From NCBI GenBank assembly GCA_944391345.1, contig CALXTE010000008.1, positions 2,374 to 66,373 of the forward strand: a DNA stretch of 64,000 nucleotides. Reading direction: 5' to 3'. The translations under genes and the position numbers were made by a program. Source of the DNA: an uncultured Alphaproteobacteria bacterium (GTDB taxonomy: Bacteria > Pseudomonadota > Alphaproteobacteria > RF32 > CAG-239). This document shows positions 11,343-22,118 of the stretch, piece by piece (the first letter of the stretch is position 1; each line of letters begins with the position of its first letter). Below the pieces are notes generated by a model that was not told where the DNA came from, ran no database searches, and was given only the letters and a program-made list of their open reading frames with translations.

Positions 11343-13142
11343 ATGACCACGCCGTTAAGCTTGATTAGAAATTTTGCGATTATTGCCCATATTGACCACG
11401 GAAAATCAACTCTGGCCGACCGTATTATTGAATATTGCGGCGGTTTGCAGCAACGAGAAATGCAGGAGCAGGTTCTCGACTCGATGGATATTGAACGTGA
11501 ACGCGGTATTACGATTAAGGCTCAGACCGTGCGCCTTAATTATAACGCTAAGGACGGCAAAACCTATCAGCTTAATTTGATTGATACGCCGGGGCATGTG
11601 GACTTTTCTTATGAAGTGTCGCGGTCTTTGGCCTCATGCGAAGGCTCGGTCTTGGTGGTTGATGCCACGCAAGGGGTTGAGGCTCAGACTTTGGCAAATG
11701 TTTATTTGGCGATAAATAACAATCACGAGATTATTCCGGTATTGAACAAGATTGATTTGCCTTCGGCTGATGTTGACCGTGTGAAACGCCAGATTGAAGA
11801 TGTTATCGGGATTGATGCTTCCGAGGCGATTGAAACTTCCGGAAAAACCGGATTTGGTGTTGATAATCTGCTCGAAGCGATTGTTCATAAGCTTCCGGCG
11901 CCGGTCGGTGATGATTCCGCACCGCTCAAAGCGCTGTTGATTGACAGTTGGTATGACAGCTATCTCGGGGTGGTTATTTTGGTGCGTATCCATGACGGCA
12001 CTCTTAAGAAAAAGCAACAAATCCGCATGATGTCGAACAATGCGGTTTATACCGTTGATAGAGTTGGTGTTTTTACGCCGAAAATGCAGGATATTGATGA
12101 GCTTGGTGCCGGAGAAGTCGGCTTTATTACCGCAAGCATTAAAAGTGTGGGCGATTGTCATGTCGGAGATACCCTAACCGATAACCGTACGCCTTGCGCG
12201 CAGCCGCTCCCCGGCTTTAAGCCTTCCGTTCCCGTTGTTTTCTGTTCAATCTTTCCGGTGGACAGTAGTGAATACGGTCTTTTGAAAGACGCTTTGGCCA
12301 AGCTCAAGCTTAATGACGCCAGCATTGATTATCAAAATGAAAATTCAGCAGCCTTGGGACTGGGCTTCCGTTGCGGGTTCTTGGGGTTGCTTCATATGGA
12401 GATTATTCAAGAGCGTTTAGGCCGTGAGTTTGACCTTGATTTAATTACAACCGCGCCGTCGGTGGCTTATCATATCAACTTAACCGACAGAACTCAAATT
12501 ACGCTTCATAATCCGGCGGATATGCCTGATGTGACCAAAATCGCCAGCATTGAGGAGCCAATGGTTCGGGCAACCATTCTTGTCCCTGACGAATATTTGG
12601 GCAGTGTTCTAAAGCTCTGTACCGAACGCCGCGGGGAGCAAGAGGATTTGACCTATGCCGGAAGCCGCGCGATGGTGGTTTATAAAATTCCTTTAAACGA
12701 AATCGTATTTGATTTTTATGACCGCTTAAAATCAATTTCCAGCGGTTATGCCAGCTTTGATTATGAGCTTATCGGTTATCAGGTTTCCGATTTGGTTAAA
12801 GTACAAATTCTCATTAACGAAGAACCGGTTGATGCTCTGGCCTTTTTATGCCACCGTCAAGAAGCCGAAGCCCGCGGACGCCAAATTTGTGAGCGTTTGA
12901 AAGACCTGATCCCGAGGCATCTGTTCAAAATCCCGCTGCAAGCCGTCATCGGTGGCAAAGTCGTCGCGCGTGAAACGATTTCTGCCCTTCGCAAAGATGT
13001 CACCGCTAAATGCTACGGCGGCGACGTCACCCGCAAGCGCAAACTCCTCGACAAGCAAAAGAAAGGTAAGCAGCGTATGCGCCAGTTTGGAAAAGTTGAT
13101 GTGCCGCAGGAGGCGTTTATTGAGGCTTTACGCCTGTCGTAA
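11343..13142 (+). CDS. lepA: Elongation factor 4
   Basis: [38 protein letters not shown]. Confidence 0.99.
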   Translation: MTTPLSLIRNFAIIAHIDHGKSTLADRIIEYCGGLQQREMQEQVLDSMDIERERGITIKAQTVRLNYNAKDGKTYQLNLIDTPGHVDFSYEVSRSLASCEGSVLVVDATQGVEAQTLANVYLAINNNHEIIPVLNKIDLPSADVDRVKRQIEDVIGIDASEAIETSGKTGFGVDNLLEAIVHKLPAPVGDDSAPLKALLIDSWYDSYLGVVILVRIHDGTLKKKQQIRMMSNNAVYTVDRVGVFTPKMQDIDELGAGEVGFITASIKSVGDCHVGDTLTDNRTPCAQPLPGFKPSVPVVFCSIFPVDSSEYGLLKDALAKLKLNDASIDYQNENSAALGLGFRCGFLGLLHMEIIQERLGREFDLDLITTAPSVAYHINLTDRTQITLHNPADMPDVTKIASIEEPMVRATILVPDEYLGSVLKLCTERRGEQEDLTYAGSRAMVVYKIPLNEIVFDFYDRLKSISSGYASFDYELIGYQVSDLVKVQILINEEPVDALAFLCHRQEAEARGRQICERLKDLIPRHLFKIPLQAVIGGKVVARETISALRKDVTAKCYGGDVTRKRKLLDKQKKGKQRMRQFGKVDVPQEAFIEALRLS

Positions 13143-13267
13143 AAAAACTCGTATAATGGTCGATTAGGGTGTTGTCTGCGGGACAAAAGTGTCCTCACGT
13201 ACTGTTTGTGTACGCTCCGGTACTTTTGCCCTTGACGCCTACTACTCGACTCATTCTCCGAGTTTTT
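13143..13267. repeat. RPE-like palindromic element, subtype A
   Basis: Body near-identical to 4647-4772, with aaaaactcg/cgagttttt termini; abuts the lepA stop. Confidence 0.88.
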
Positions 13268-13269
13268 AC

Positions 13270-13308
13270 AAAGTTTGTTCTGTGGTCGACTAATACAGAA
13301 TTGTCGGA
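13270..13308. repeat. Truncated RPE-like element, subtype C left arm
   Basis: ggtcgactaatacagaattgtcgga is identical to 4920-4944. Confidence 0.75.
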
Positions 13309-13319
13309 CAGGAAAATAT

Positions 13320-13562
13320 TTAAGAAGCTTTGATGAGTTCAAATTTTAATTTATAATTATAAATAGCTGCGATAACAGCCACGCGTCTTAATCCAAAAGC
13401 TCGGCCTTGTTCGACATTTTTAATTCGACGACGTGATAATCCGCTTATTTTTGAAACATCATCAATACTTAACTGATGTTCTTGTCGGAGTTCATATAAC
13501 TTCTGTCCGACTTCAGCTCGGTTGTCTTCTAAATAAATGATTTGTTCTTTTTTTATTCCCAT
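13320..13562 (-). CDS. XRE-family helix-turn-helix protein (intact copy)
   Basis: VGQKLYELRQEHQLSIDDVSKISGLSRRRIKNVEQG; AAGGAG RBS. Confidence 0.88.
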   Translation of the reverse strand: MGIKKEQIIYLEDNRAEVGQKLYELRQEHQLSIDDVSKISGLSRRRIKNVEQGRAFGLRRVAVIAAIYNYKLKFELIKAS

Positions 13563-13606
13563 TTTCAGCTCCTTTTTTTATTTTGTGATAAAAACAAAGC
13601 CTGCCA

Positions 13607-13730
13607 TAAATTGTGTATAATGGTCGATTAGGGTGTTGTCTGCGGGTTTCGAAAAATTCACGTACTGTTGTGTACGCTAAAATTTTTCTCATCCTTGACG
13701 CCTACTGCTCGACTCATTCTCCCCAATTTC
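13607..13730. repeat. Chimeric RPE-like element (subtype A outer arms, subtype B inner arms) in the leader terminator loop
   Basis: Splits gcctgcc / aataaggcaggc, which are contiguous at 5491-5509. Confidence 0.88.
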
Positions 13731-13738
13731 AATAAGGC

Positions 13739-13803
13739 AGGCGGAGCTCAAAAACTGTCACTATACAGTCACCGTTATTCAATATATTAGCGGTACTCCG
13801 CCT
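13739..13803 (-). ncRNA. C4-antisense-like RNA (copy 2)
   Basis: AGGCGGAG/CTCCGCCT stem, same scaffold as copy 1; loop TATAGTGA and junction GTTTTTGAG. Confidence 0.7.
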
Positions 13804-13824
13804 AATACAAGCGGAGGATTTATT

Positions 13825-13850
13825 TATAGTGAAGGTGTTTTTGAGACACC
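13825..13850 (-). promoter_or_regulatory. c4-a1b1-like target hairpin (copy 2)
   Basis: GGTGT-CTCAAAA-ACACC followed by TCACTATA. Confidence 0.65.
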
Positions 13851-13887
13851 GTCGGTTACCTCTAACCAACAGCGCCAGTATAAAAAA

Positions 13888-13918
13888 GAAAAGGAAGGTT
13901 TGTCAACCTTCCTTTTTT
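13888..13918 (-). terminator. tolB terminator
   Basis: aaaaggaaggtt-tgtc-aaccttcctttt. Confidence 0.75.
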
Positions 13919-13919
13919 C

Positions 13920-15242
13920 TTACGGTAATAATGGGGACCAAGCGGGGTCGGAGGCATCTGCCGGTGTGACCACCATTCTTTCATTATAGCCGGTTAAGTC
14001 AATCGTATAGAGCCGTACCGGCGCGTTTCTTCTTGAGGTGCCTTTATCTTGGCGAAAATACATCAGGACACGGCCGTTTGGCGCCCAAACCGGCGCTTCA
14101 ACCAGATAGCCGCTGGCCAGCAATCTTTCACCCGTGCCGTCCGGATACATCACGCCGATATAAAACTCACCATTGGCCATTTTGGTAAAGGCGATGTAGT
14201 CTCCGCGCGGTGACCAAACCGGTGTGGCGTAACGCCCCGAGCCATAGCTGATGCGGTGGATGTTGCTGCCGTCAGCATTCATGACATAAAGCTGTTGATT
14301 GCCGCCACGGTCAGAGTTAAACACAATTTGCGAGCCGTCCGGCGAATAACTCGGCGAGGTATCAATCGCAGTCGGCTTTGTAATCTGTTTGGTTTTATGG
14401 GTTCTTAAATCCATTTCATAAATATTGGTTTTGCCGTTGTTGGCATAGCTCATCAACAGTTTGTTGCTGTCCGGCGAAAAGACCGGCGCAAAGGTCATTC
14501 CGGGGAAGTTTCCGACCAAAGTTTGGCGGCCGGTTTCAATGTCTAAAATATAAACCTTTGGAATGGTGCCGGCATAAGACAGATAAGTTATTTTTTGCAA
14601 GTTTGGTGAAAAACGCGGGGTTAAGACCATTGAGGAGCCCGAGGTCAAAAACTTGTGATTTTCCCCGTCTTGATCCATTATGGCCAATCTTTTGGTTCTT
14701 CTGGTGGCGGGGCCGGTTTCTGAAACATAAACAATACGTGTATCAAAATAGCCTTTTTCGCCAGTCAAGCGCTCATAGATTGTGTCGGCAATTACATGGG
14801 CAATTCTTCTCCAGTTGGTTTTGGTGGTGCTGAAAGACTGGCCCTTCATTTGGCTTTCGGCAAAGACATCCCACAGGCGCATTTCAACTTTGAGAGTGGT
14901 TTGATTGGTCTCTGTAATGGCGGTTTGAACAAGGGCGTTGGCGTTAATGGCCTTCCAGTCATTAAAGGCGGGGGCTTCGTTTATGGATTTGAGTTGTTGG
15001 ATATAGCTGTTTTCTGGTATCAGGCGGAATAATCCCGAACGCTCCAAATCGGCGATGACAACTTCGCGAATCTGTTCGCCATAATCTTCTGCCTCGGCAT
15101 TGGCGGCTATCATTTCCGGAAAGGCTATCGGTAGCGGATTGCTGACACCGCCGCTGACGTCAATTTGAAGCTCGGCTTTGGCCGGTGCGGCCAGTATTAA
15201 TCCAAACATCATTATCCATAAATAAATTTTTTTCATAAACAT
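13920..15242 (-). CDS. tolB: Tol-Pal beta-propeller protein TolB
   Basis: Signal peptide, [22 protein letters not shown]40 repeats, SDPAWSP. Confidence 0.97.
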   Translation of the reverse strand: MFMKKIYLWIMMFGLILAAPAKAELQIDVSGGVSNPLPIAFPEMIAANAEAEDYGEQIREVVIADLERSGLFRLIPENSYIQQLKSINEAPAFNDWKAINANALVQTAITETNQTTLKVEMRLWDVFAESQMKGQSFSTTKTNWRRIAHVIADTIYERLTGEKGYFDTRIVYVSETGPATRRTKRLAIMDQDGENHKFLTSGSSMVLTPRFSPNLQKITYLSYAGTIPKVYILDIETGRQTLVGNFPGMTFAPVFSPDSNKLLMSYANNGKTNIYEMDLRTHKTKQITKPTAIDTSPSYSPDGSQIVFNSDRGGNQQLYVMNADGSNIHRISYGSGRYATPVWSPRGDYIAFTKMANGEFYIGVMYPDGTGERLLASGYLVEAPVWAPNGRVLMYFRQDKGTSRRNAPVRLYTIDLTGYNERMVVTPADASDPAWSPLLP

Positions 15243-15297
15243 CCCCTGTTTTATAAAATTTGCGAATCTAATCTATCTTAATTTGGTTAAAAATAGA

Positions 15298-15756
15298 TTA
15301 GCTTTGAGCAAGTGCATCCAGCACGCCTTGTAAGATATAGGCTGCAGCGGTAGAATCAAGAACTTTTTTGCGTTTGGCGCGGGAGAGGTCAAAGTCTTTG
15401 ATTAAAAATCTTTCAGCCGCCGACGAAGATAATCTTTCATCCCAGAAAAATATCGGCAGTTCGGTTTTTTCTTGTAATTTTGCGGCAAAGGCGCGGACAG
15501 CGGCGGCGGTTTCTCCCTCTTCGCCATTCATTTGCAAAGGCAAGCCAAAGACAATGCCGCAGGCTTCTTTTTCCTTAATAATTGCAATAATCTCATCAAT
15601 TGCCTGTTCGGGCGTTTTTTGCTGAATAATCTTATAAGAGGTGGCAACCATGCGCAATAAATCAGACACGGCAAGGCCTATTCTTTTTGTGCCATAGTCT
15701 ATTCCGATTAAGGCTTTGTAGTTTTTTAATTGCTCTTTGAACTCTCGTATGGTCAA
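15298..15756 (-). CDS. ruvX: Pre-16S rRNA nuclease YqgF/RuvX
   Basis: GIDYGTKRIGLAVSD, WDERLSS, DSTAAAYILQ. Confidence 0.96.
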   Translation of the reverse strand: MTIREFKEQLKNYKALIGIDYGTKRIGLAVSDLLRMVATSYKIIQQKTPEQAIDEIIAIIKEKEACGIVFGLPLQMNGEEGETAAAVRAFAAKLQEKTELPIFFWDERLSSSAAERFLIKDFDLSRAKRKKVLDSTAAAYILQGVLDALAQS

Positions 15757-15838
15757 AATTTTGTCCTTTCTGCTTGACTTTTGATTTTTTTATTCTAATA
15801 TCGCCGACGTTATTTTACAATTATTAAATTATTATATT

Positions 15839-16105
15839 ATGGTTATGGAAAATGCTATACTTATTTTTGTGTCGCTATGTTGTATCACGATTGCCGCTTT
15901 TGCGATTGAGTGTTTGGGGCATTGGGTAAACCATCAGCGCCATATTTTAAGAAAAACACTGCGTGAACGTTATGTCATAAAACAGCCGAAGCGTTTTTCG
16001 CAATGGTCAGAAAAGCTGTCTTTGGTTGAAATAAAACGTCATTTGCGGCTGCTTGACGGTAAGCATATCCTTGAAGAATTAGAGGATATTTTGCTGCCGC
16101 GATAA
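15839..16105 (+). CDS. Hypothetical small membrane-anchored protein
   Basis: 88-aa ORF with an N-terminal hydrophobic helix filling the intergenic gap. Confidence 0.55.
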   Translation: MVMENAILIFVSLCCITIAAFAIECLGHWVNHQRHILRKTLRERYVIKQPKRFSQWSEKLSLVEIKRHLRLLDGKHILEELEDILLPR

Positions 16106-16879
16106 TCGTGATTTTAAGGGCATTATCTCTTTGGCGGAGATAATGCTTTTTTGTTTATAGAGTTTGGCGGTTTGTTCAACAGCGCTCAAAAATTTAGGTG
16201 AGTTCATAAACGAAAAATCGCTGTTGAGAGGATGTTCTATCAAGGTGCGGATATTTTCTTCCGGTGTAACAAATTCAGGTGCAAAGCGGCGGCAAAAAGC
16301 ATAAGCCGAGGCCTTAATTTGAGCATCGTTTTCGGTCATATAGCCGATTTCTTTTAATAAAGCGGCAAGGGCTTTTTCGCCTTTGGGGGCTTGCTCTTTA
16401 AACTCGGGAAACAGTCCTATTCCCCTTTGGGCGAGTTCTTGCCACGGAAAACTCATTCCGGGGTCGGGTTTGCGTTTCGGTGCCGAATCGGAATGGCCGA
16501 TAATGTTGGTCGGGGCGATATTGTATCTTTTAATAATATCTAAACTCAGCTCGGTTAAGGCGTCAATTTGGGCTTTGGAATAAGGAGTTTGTCCCAAAGT
16601 TTTGTTTTGGAGCTCAATGCCGATGGAGCTGTCGTTCATTTTGTCTTCGCCGCGCCAGCTGCCTCTGCCGGCATGATAAGCTTTATTTTTTTCTTCAACC
16701 AAGCAAGTGATTTTTCCTTCCTCGTCAATGAAATAATGTGCAGAAACCTGCTCATCTTGGTAGACTTTTATAAGTTCTTCAAGGCTGAAGATGTTGCAAT
16801 GAAATATCAGAGCATTGATTTCTTTTTCTCTGGTTCCGTATTCTAGATTTGCCGATGAGGGGTGAATTTTATTTATCAT
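16079..16879 (-). CDS. N-acetylmuramoyl-L-alanine amidase (Amidase_2, AmpD/AmiD-like)
   Basis: LIFH, VSAHY, AYHAG, SIGIE, GHSD, RKPDPG. Confidence 0.93.
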   Translation of the reverse strand: MINKIHPSSANLEYGTREKEINALIFHCNIFSLEELIKVYQDEQVSAHYFIDEEGKITCLVEEKNKAYHAGRGSWRGEDKMNDSSIGIELQNKTLGQTPYSKAQIDALTELSLDIIKRYNIAPTNIIGHSDSAPKRKPDPGMSFPWQELAQRGIGLFPEFKEQAPKGEKALAALLKEIGYMTENDAQIKASAYAFCRRFAPEFVTPEENIRTLIEHPLNSDFSFMNSPKFLSAVEQTAKLYKQKSIISAKEIMPLKSRLSRQQNIL

Positions 16880-18045
16880 ATTTTTCGGCTTCTTATAATA
16901 TGTTGGTAAGCGTCATTGATTTCGGCCATTTTCATGGTACAACGTTCGATTTCTTCTTGTGAAGCGCCTTGGGCAACGGCGTGGTCAGGGTGCCAAATTA
17001 AAATCAGTTCCTTCCATTTGGCTTTGATTTCATCTGTACCGGCCGAGATGCTTAAGCCCAAAATGTCGTAGTAATTTTGCAGGGGTGAGCTACTGCTCGG
17101 GCGCGGCTGGTAACGGTCGTGGATTAGGTCAAAATTGCCGTAAGGAAGCTCGATTATCTCGGCCGTGGTTTTCAAAATGTCAAGCTGTTCGTGGCTGGGA
17201 AAACCGTCAGATGAAGCAATTTTGAACAAGTTATCGATAATGTTTTCTTTTAATTCTAAATTATCTTTGGAGATTAAGGCCAGTTGTTTGGCATATTTTT
17301 CATAGCCGCCGGCCGAATTTTTGGCACGGTTGAAAATATCGGCGATTTTGCTGTTTTGCTCATAGGTCAGTTCAAACATTTTCTTAAAGGCGCGAATCTC
17401 GTTTTCGCTCACTTGGCCGTCGGCTTTAGCTATCTTGGCCGATAATCCGGCCATGGCTTGTATCAGCGCGAACTTTCGGGCTTCCGATGAATGGAGATAG
17501 AGCTTTAACAAATTCATCCTTGACCAAAAGCGATTGAGAAAACGGAGGTTGATGTTTTTCAAAACACCGTCAAGACGATAGCTGTCGGCCACAAAACCTA
17601 AGGCAACGCCAATCACAATCAGCAAATTGCTCTGAAAGCTAAAGCCGATAATTGCGCCTAAGATTTTGCACCAGTTGCTGTTCCAAAAGGTTTCAAACAG
17701 AGAGCGAAAGCGTGCGGCCAAAGGTTGCTGAGGCATATCAAACATGATGTGTCCAAGCAAAAACAACACGATGAAACCGCCGAATCCAAAGGTGATTGCA
17801 CCGAGCAAGCCGCCGTATAAAATTCCGAAAATATTGTCTTCAATACGGTTATAATATTTATAAAAACGATAGGGGAGCATGATGCGGATATTGTCATCCA
17901 GCGTGCTGAGTGCTTGTTTTATCAGCTTGCGCAGAATCGTGCGGTCAATAAGCATATGCCCGAAGAACATTCCCCAAAGAAAACCTTCTGCACCGAAAAG
18001 TCTTAGCCCCAAAATTGATAATGTGAATTTTCCTATCGGAAACAT
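16876..18045 (-). CDS. djlA: DjlA-like co-chaperone (TM repeats + TerB + J domain)
   Basis: AKIAKADGQVSENEI TerB motif; C-terminal YYDILG...WHPD J domain. Confidence 0.85.
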   Translation of the reverse strand: MFPIGKFTLSILGLRLFGAEGFLWGMFFGHMLIDRTILRKLIKQALSTLDDNIRIMLPYRFYKYYNRIEDNIFGILYGGLLGAITFGFGGFIVLFLLGHIMFDMPQQPLAARFRSLFETFWNSNWCKILGAIIGFSFQSNLLIVIGVALGFVADSYRLDGVLKNINLRFLNRFWSRMNLLKLYLHSSEARKFALIQAMAGLSAKIAKADGQVSENEIRAFKKMFELTYEQNSKIADIFNRAKNSAGGYEKYAKQLALISKDNLELKENIIDNLFKIASSDGFPSHEQLDILKTTAEIIELPYGNFDLIHDRYQPRPSSSSPLQNYYDILGLSISAGTDEIKAKWKELILIWHPDHAVAQGASQEEIERCTMKMAEINDAYQHIIRSRKI

Positions 18046-18103
18046 ATGCTCTTTACTCCTTAGGTTTTTTACCGCATTTATTATATTGGAATTTGTTTTA
18101 TCT

Positions 18104-18865
18104 TTACAAGATGATTGTTGACAACTCCACCGGAAAATCGCCGGCCGTGGTTATTAAGCCTTTATGCGTATCGCGGCGATAACTGAAATAGTTGTTTTCC
18201 TCTTTATAAGTATCAATCTTTGAATTTTCGGTATTGGTGATGCCGAGTTCGTGAAGTTTGTATTCAATGCAACCGCTTAAATCAAACAGCCAATGGTTTT
18301 CTTTGTTAGAGGGAATAAAATAAACTTGGTTTTGAGAATCTTGATTAACAAAGGTTTCAAAAACTTCGGGGCCGACCTCAAACGAGGCTTGTTGAATGCA
18401 AGGGCCGATAGCGGCGGCGATATTTTCTATCTTGGCGCCTTTTTCAAGCATTAAATTTATCGTGTTCTCGATTATTCCTTTGGCAAAGCTGCGCCAGCCA
18501 CCGTGAGCTGCGCCAATTATCCCATTTTTATAATCAGCCAGCAACACCGGAGCGCAATCGGCGGTGCTGATGGTTAAAATTAAATCTTTGCAATCGGTGA
18601 CAACCCCGTCGGCTTCAAGTTGGCGGATTGATGGTTCGGTGGTGTAGGTGACTTTGTTGCTTACGCCTTGGGATAAGCGGACAACGCGGTTGCTGTCTAA
18701 TCCATAAAAGCTTGCCAGCCGTTTATAGTTTTCGACAATGTTTTGCGGATTGTCCAAGCTTTTTTCATTAAAGTTAAAGCTGGCGTATTTGCCGGTGGAC
18801 ACACCGCCGTTGCGCCCGAAAAAGCAATGCTTTTCTTGGGGAAGGTTAGAGGCTTGCCAGGTCAT
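18104..18865 (-). CDS. pgeF: YfiH/PgeF (laccase-domain purine nucleoside phosphorylase)
   Basis: GRNGGVS, TADCAPVL, AAHGGWR, AIGPCI, FSYRR. Confidence 0.95.
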   Translation of the reverse strand: MTWQASNLPQEKHCFFGRNGGVSTGKYASFNFNEKSLDNPQNIVENYKRLASFYGLDSNRVVRLSQGVSNKVTYTTEPSIRQLEADGVVTDCKDLILTISTADCAPVLLADYKNGIIGAAHGGWRSFAKGIIENTINLMLEKGAKIENIAAAIGPCIQQASFEVGPEVFETFVNQDSQNQVYFIPSNKENHWLFDLSGCIEYKLHELGITNTENSKIDTYKEENNYFSYRRDTHKGLITTAGDFPVELSTIIL

Positions 18866-20055
18866 AGCAAGCTCCTTCCGTAGTTTAACGGGGCAATGCC
18901 CAGATAAGAGGCAATGGTTTGGCCGATGTCGGCAAAAGTGTCGCGCTGGCCGAGATTTTCACTTTTTATTTTTTTACCAAACAGCAAAACCGGCACTTGT
19001 TCTCTCGTGTGGTCGGTGCCTTCGTAAGAGGGGTCGTTGCCGTGGTCGGCGGTAATGAACACAATGTCGTCTTCTCTTAAACAAAAGGCGAGTTCGGTCA
19101 AACGGCTGTCAAAATATTCTAATCCTTGAGCATAGCCTTTAATGTCGCGGCGATGTCCCCAAAGCATGTCAAAGTCTTCAAAATTTGTGAAAATAAGGCT
19201 GTCTTCGGGGGCGGACTTTATTTCGGACAGCGTTAAGTCCCATAGCTCTTTTAAGCCGGTACCCTTGATGCCTTTAGTAATGCCTCGATGGGCAAAAATA
19301 TCATTAATCGCACCGATGGCAATGACATTTTTGCCGGCGGCTTTCAGGCAATCAAGCAAGGTATCGCCAAAAGGTTGGGCGGCGTAGTCTTTGCGGTTGG
19401 TGGTGCGGGTGAATTCTCCGGCTTTTTCGCCGACAAAGGGGCGCGCAATTATTCGGCCGATGTTATAAGGCTGAACATATTTATAAGCAATTTCACAGAG
19501 CTTATATAATCTCTCTAACCCAAAATATTTTTCATGAGCAGCGATTTGCATATTGCTGTCAGCCGAGGTGTAAAATATCGGCTTGCCGCTTTTGATGTGT
19601 TCTTCACCCAGCTCTTGAATAATGACCGTTCCGGAGGCGGCTTTGTTGCCCAATATACCGTCAATTTTGCCTTCTGCACATATCTTTTCAATCAAATCTG
19701 CCGGAAAAGACGGGTATTCGGGCGGAAAATGTCCCCAGCCTTTTAAGTTGGGCAAGCCGGCTAATTCCCAATGGCCGGATACGGTGTCTTTGTCTTTGCT
19801 GATTTCGGACATATGGCCGTATTTGCTGCCGTATTGCAGAATTCCTTCCATTTGGGCGCCGATCTCGGGATAAGCGCCGCTGGCGCCTTTGGCCGCTTCG
19901 CACAGGCCCAAGCGGTTTAGGTTCGGTATTCTTAATCCGCCGTTGAATTTGGCAATGTGGCCGAAGGTGTTGGCGCCGACATTGTTAAAATTTGCGGCAT
20001 CTTTGGCGCCACCGATGCCGAACGAATCCATCATTAAAATGATTGCTCTTGCCAT
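18862..20055 (-). CDS. deoB: Phosphopentomutase
   Basis: MDSFGIG, KDTVSGHWE, TADHGNDP, DHTRE. Confidence 0.97.
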   Translation of the reverse strand: MARAIILMMDSFGIGGAKDAANFNNVGANTFGHIAKFNGGLRIPNLNRLGLCEAAKGASGAYPEIGAQMEGILQYGSKYGHMSEISKDKDTVSGHWELAGLPNLKGWGHFPPEYPSFPADLIEKICAEGKIDGILGNKAASGTVIIQELGEEHIKSGKPIFYTSADSNMQIAAHEKYFGLERLYKLCEIAYKYVQPYNIGRIIARPFVGEKAGEFTRTTNRKDYAAQPFGDTLLDCLKAAGKNVIAIGAINDIFAHRGITKGIKGTGLKELWDLTLSEIKSAPEDSLIFTNFEDFDMLWGHRRDIKGYAQGLEYFDSRLTELAFCLREDDIVFITADHGNDPSYEGTDHTREQVPVLLFGKKIKSENLGQRDTFADIGQTIASYLGIAPLNYGRSLL

Positions 20056-20059
20056 TTGT

Positions 20060-21376
20060 TTATTCCTTTATTTTTTTAATAATTGCCGAATGAGGGGCTT
20101 TGAGTTCTTTGTCATCAAGTTTTACCGCAGCGCGGATTTCTGCTTCAGCGCGCAAGGCATCAGCCTCGGTTTGGGCATGAACATAAGCCAGCGGTTTGTC
20201 TTTTGACACATAATCTCCAATCTGACAAAAATCACTAAAGCCTGTGGCGTAATCCAATTTTTGATCGGGGTGTATGCGTCCGCCTTTTAAGCCGATTAAG
20301 CTCAGGCCGATGTTTCGGGTTTCCATGGCTTTGACATAGCCTTCGCCTTTGGCAAAAATCGGGCGAATAATCTTGGCCTGCGGAAGATATTTTTCGGTAT
20401 TTTGGATGAAGTCTTTGGGGCCGCCCAAAGCCGTGACCATTTGTTGGAACTTCTCTAAAGCTTGGCCGCTTTTTAAGACTTTTTCAAGCTTGTTCCTGGC
20501 TTCTTTTGAGGTTTTGCAGAGCTTGGTGCTGATTAATAATTCGGCACACAAAGCAAAAGTGACTTCGTAAAGCCTTATGTCAAGGCGTTTGTTCTTCAAA
20601 AAGTCTACGGCCTCTTGTACTTCAAGGGCGTTGCCGACCGTGCGTCCCAAAACTTGATTCATGTCGGTGATAATGGCGGTTGTCTTGGTGCCGGCGGCGT
20701 TTGCCGTCTTAATGATTAATTTTGCCAAGGCTTGGGCGTCTTTTCGTTTTTCCATAAAGGCGGCGTTACCGCATTTTAAGTCCATGACCAAATAGTCCAG
20801 TCCGGCGGCCAGTTTTTTGGACAAGATTGAGGCGGTTATCAATGGAATCGATTCAACCGTGCCGCAGACGTCCCTTATCGCATATATTTTTTTATCGGCC
20901 GGTGCGAGGTTGCCGGTTTGGCCGATAATTGCACAGCCGACTTCTTTGACCACTTTTTGAAAGGTTTTATTATCCGGTGTGGTCTGATAGCCCGGAATCG
21001 AATCGAACTTGTCCAAAGTTCCACCGGTGTGGCCTAAGCCGCGGCCCGATATCATCGGAACATAAAGTCCGCAAGCGGCTAACATCGGGGCTAACATCAA
21101 GCTGACTTTGTCGCCAACGCCGCCGGTAGAATGTTTGTCAACAACCGCGCCGTCTAAAAAAGACCAGTCCAAAACATCGCCCGAATCTCTCATGGCTTTG
21201 GTTAAGCAAGTGGTTTCTTTATCGGTCATGCCGTTTAGGAAAATGGCCATGGTTAAAGCCGCCGTTTGTCCGTCGGTGATTTCACCTGAGGTGACGCCTT
21301 TGATGAAAAAGTTTATTTCTTCTTCGGATAAGCTTTTTTTGTTGCGCTTTTTACGGATAATTTCTTGCGGAAACAT
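20060..21376 (-). CDS. deoA: Thymidine phosphorylase
   Basis: DKHSTGGVGDK, SGRGLGHTGGTLDK, SILSKKLA. Confidence 0.97.
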   Translation of the reverse strand: MFPQEIIRKKRNKKSLSEEEINFFIKGVTSGEITDGQTAALTMAIFLNGMTDKETTCLTKAMRDSGDVLDWSFLDGAVVDKHSTGGVGDKVSLMLAPMLAACGLYVPMISGRGLGHTGGTLDKFDSIPGYQTTPDNKTFQKVVKEVGCAIIGQTGNLAPADKKIYAIRDVCGTVESIPLITASILSKKLAAGLDYLVMDLKCGNAAFMEKRKDAQALAKLIIKTANAAGTKTTAIITDMNQVLGRTVGNALEVQEAVDFLKNKRLDIRLYEVTFALCAELLISTKLCKTSKEARNKLEKVLKSGQALEKFQQMVTALGGPKDFIQNTEKYLPQAKIIRPIFAKGEGYVKAMETRNIGLSLIGLKGGRIHPDQKLDYATGFSDFCQIGDYVSKDKPLAYVHAQTEADALRAEAEIRAAVKLDDKELKAPHSAIIKKIKE

Positions 21377-21377
21377 T

Positions 21378-22118
21378 TTAATATCCTCTCTCAATGGTGT
21401 TGATTAAATCATCCAGCAGGCTGCTGGCGCCGATGCGGAAGTTTTTTGGGGTTATCCATTTGTAGCCCATAATGCTGTTGGCCAAAACCAAGTATTGTTT
21501 GGCATCATCCGTGGTTTTTATGCCGCCAGAGGCCTTAAACCCGACGTTTCTTTTGCCGGCGGCGATGGTTTCAAGAATGATATTGGCGGCCTCAGGCGTG
21601 GCTGAGGTTTTGGTTTTTCCGGTTGAGGTTTTAACAAAGGAGGCCCCTTGATCGACGCAGAGTTTGGTGGCGGCCGCAATTTGAGAATAATGCGGCATTT
21701 CTCCACTTTCGATAATGATTTTCAGCGGTGTTTTTTTGGGATTTATTCGGTTTTTTATGACCGAGAAAAACTGGTTTACAGCGTCTTGCTTCCCGCTTAA
21801 AAAATCTTTATAAGGCAAAACAGCGTCGATTTCATCGGCTCCGGCCTCTAGGGCAAAGTCAAGCTCTTCTTGAAGTTTTTCGGGTTTGCGGTTGCCCTCG
21901 GGGAAGTTTATGACCGTGGCAACTTTAATTCCCGTAGAGTCTAAATAGGTCTTTGCCGCTTTTACGAATCTCGGATAAACGCAAACGGCGGCAACTTTGC
22001 CGTATGGCGTTGTGGCGCGTGCGCAAAGTTTTTGAATGGTTACGTCGGTGTCTTTATCACTTAAAGAAGTTAAGTCTAACAGTCCGATTAATATTTTGGC
22101 AGCGGTCACGTTATCCAT
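21378..22118 (-). CDS. deoC: Deoxyribose-phosphate aldolase
   Basis: LDLTSL, ATVINFP, FVKTSTGK, GFKASGG, RIGASS. Confidence 0.97.
   Translation of the reverse strand: MDNVTAAKILIGLLDLTSLSDKDTDVTIQKLCARATTPYGKVAAVCVYPRFVKAAKTYLDSTGIKVATVINFPEGNRKPEKLQEELDFALEAGADEIDAVLPYKDFLSGKQDAVNQFFSVIKNRINPKKTPLKIIIESGEMPHYSQIAAATKLCVDQGASFVKTSTGKTKTSATPEAANIILETIAAGKRNVGFKASGGIKTTDDAKQYLVLANSIMGYKWITPKNFRIGASSLLDDLINTIERGY

Noticed and set aside
13920-15242. tolB without adjacent tolQRA or pal
   Set aside because: Simple rearrangement is sufficient; cannot be judged from one window
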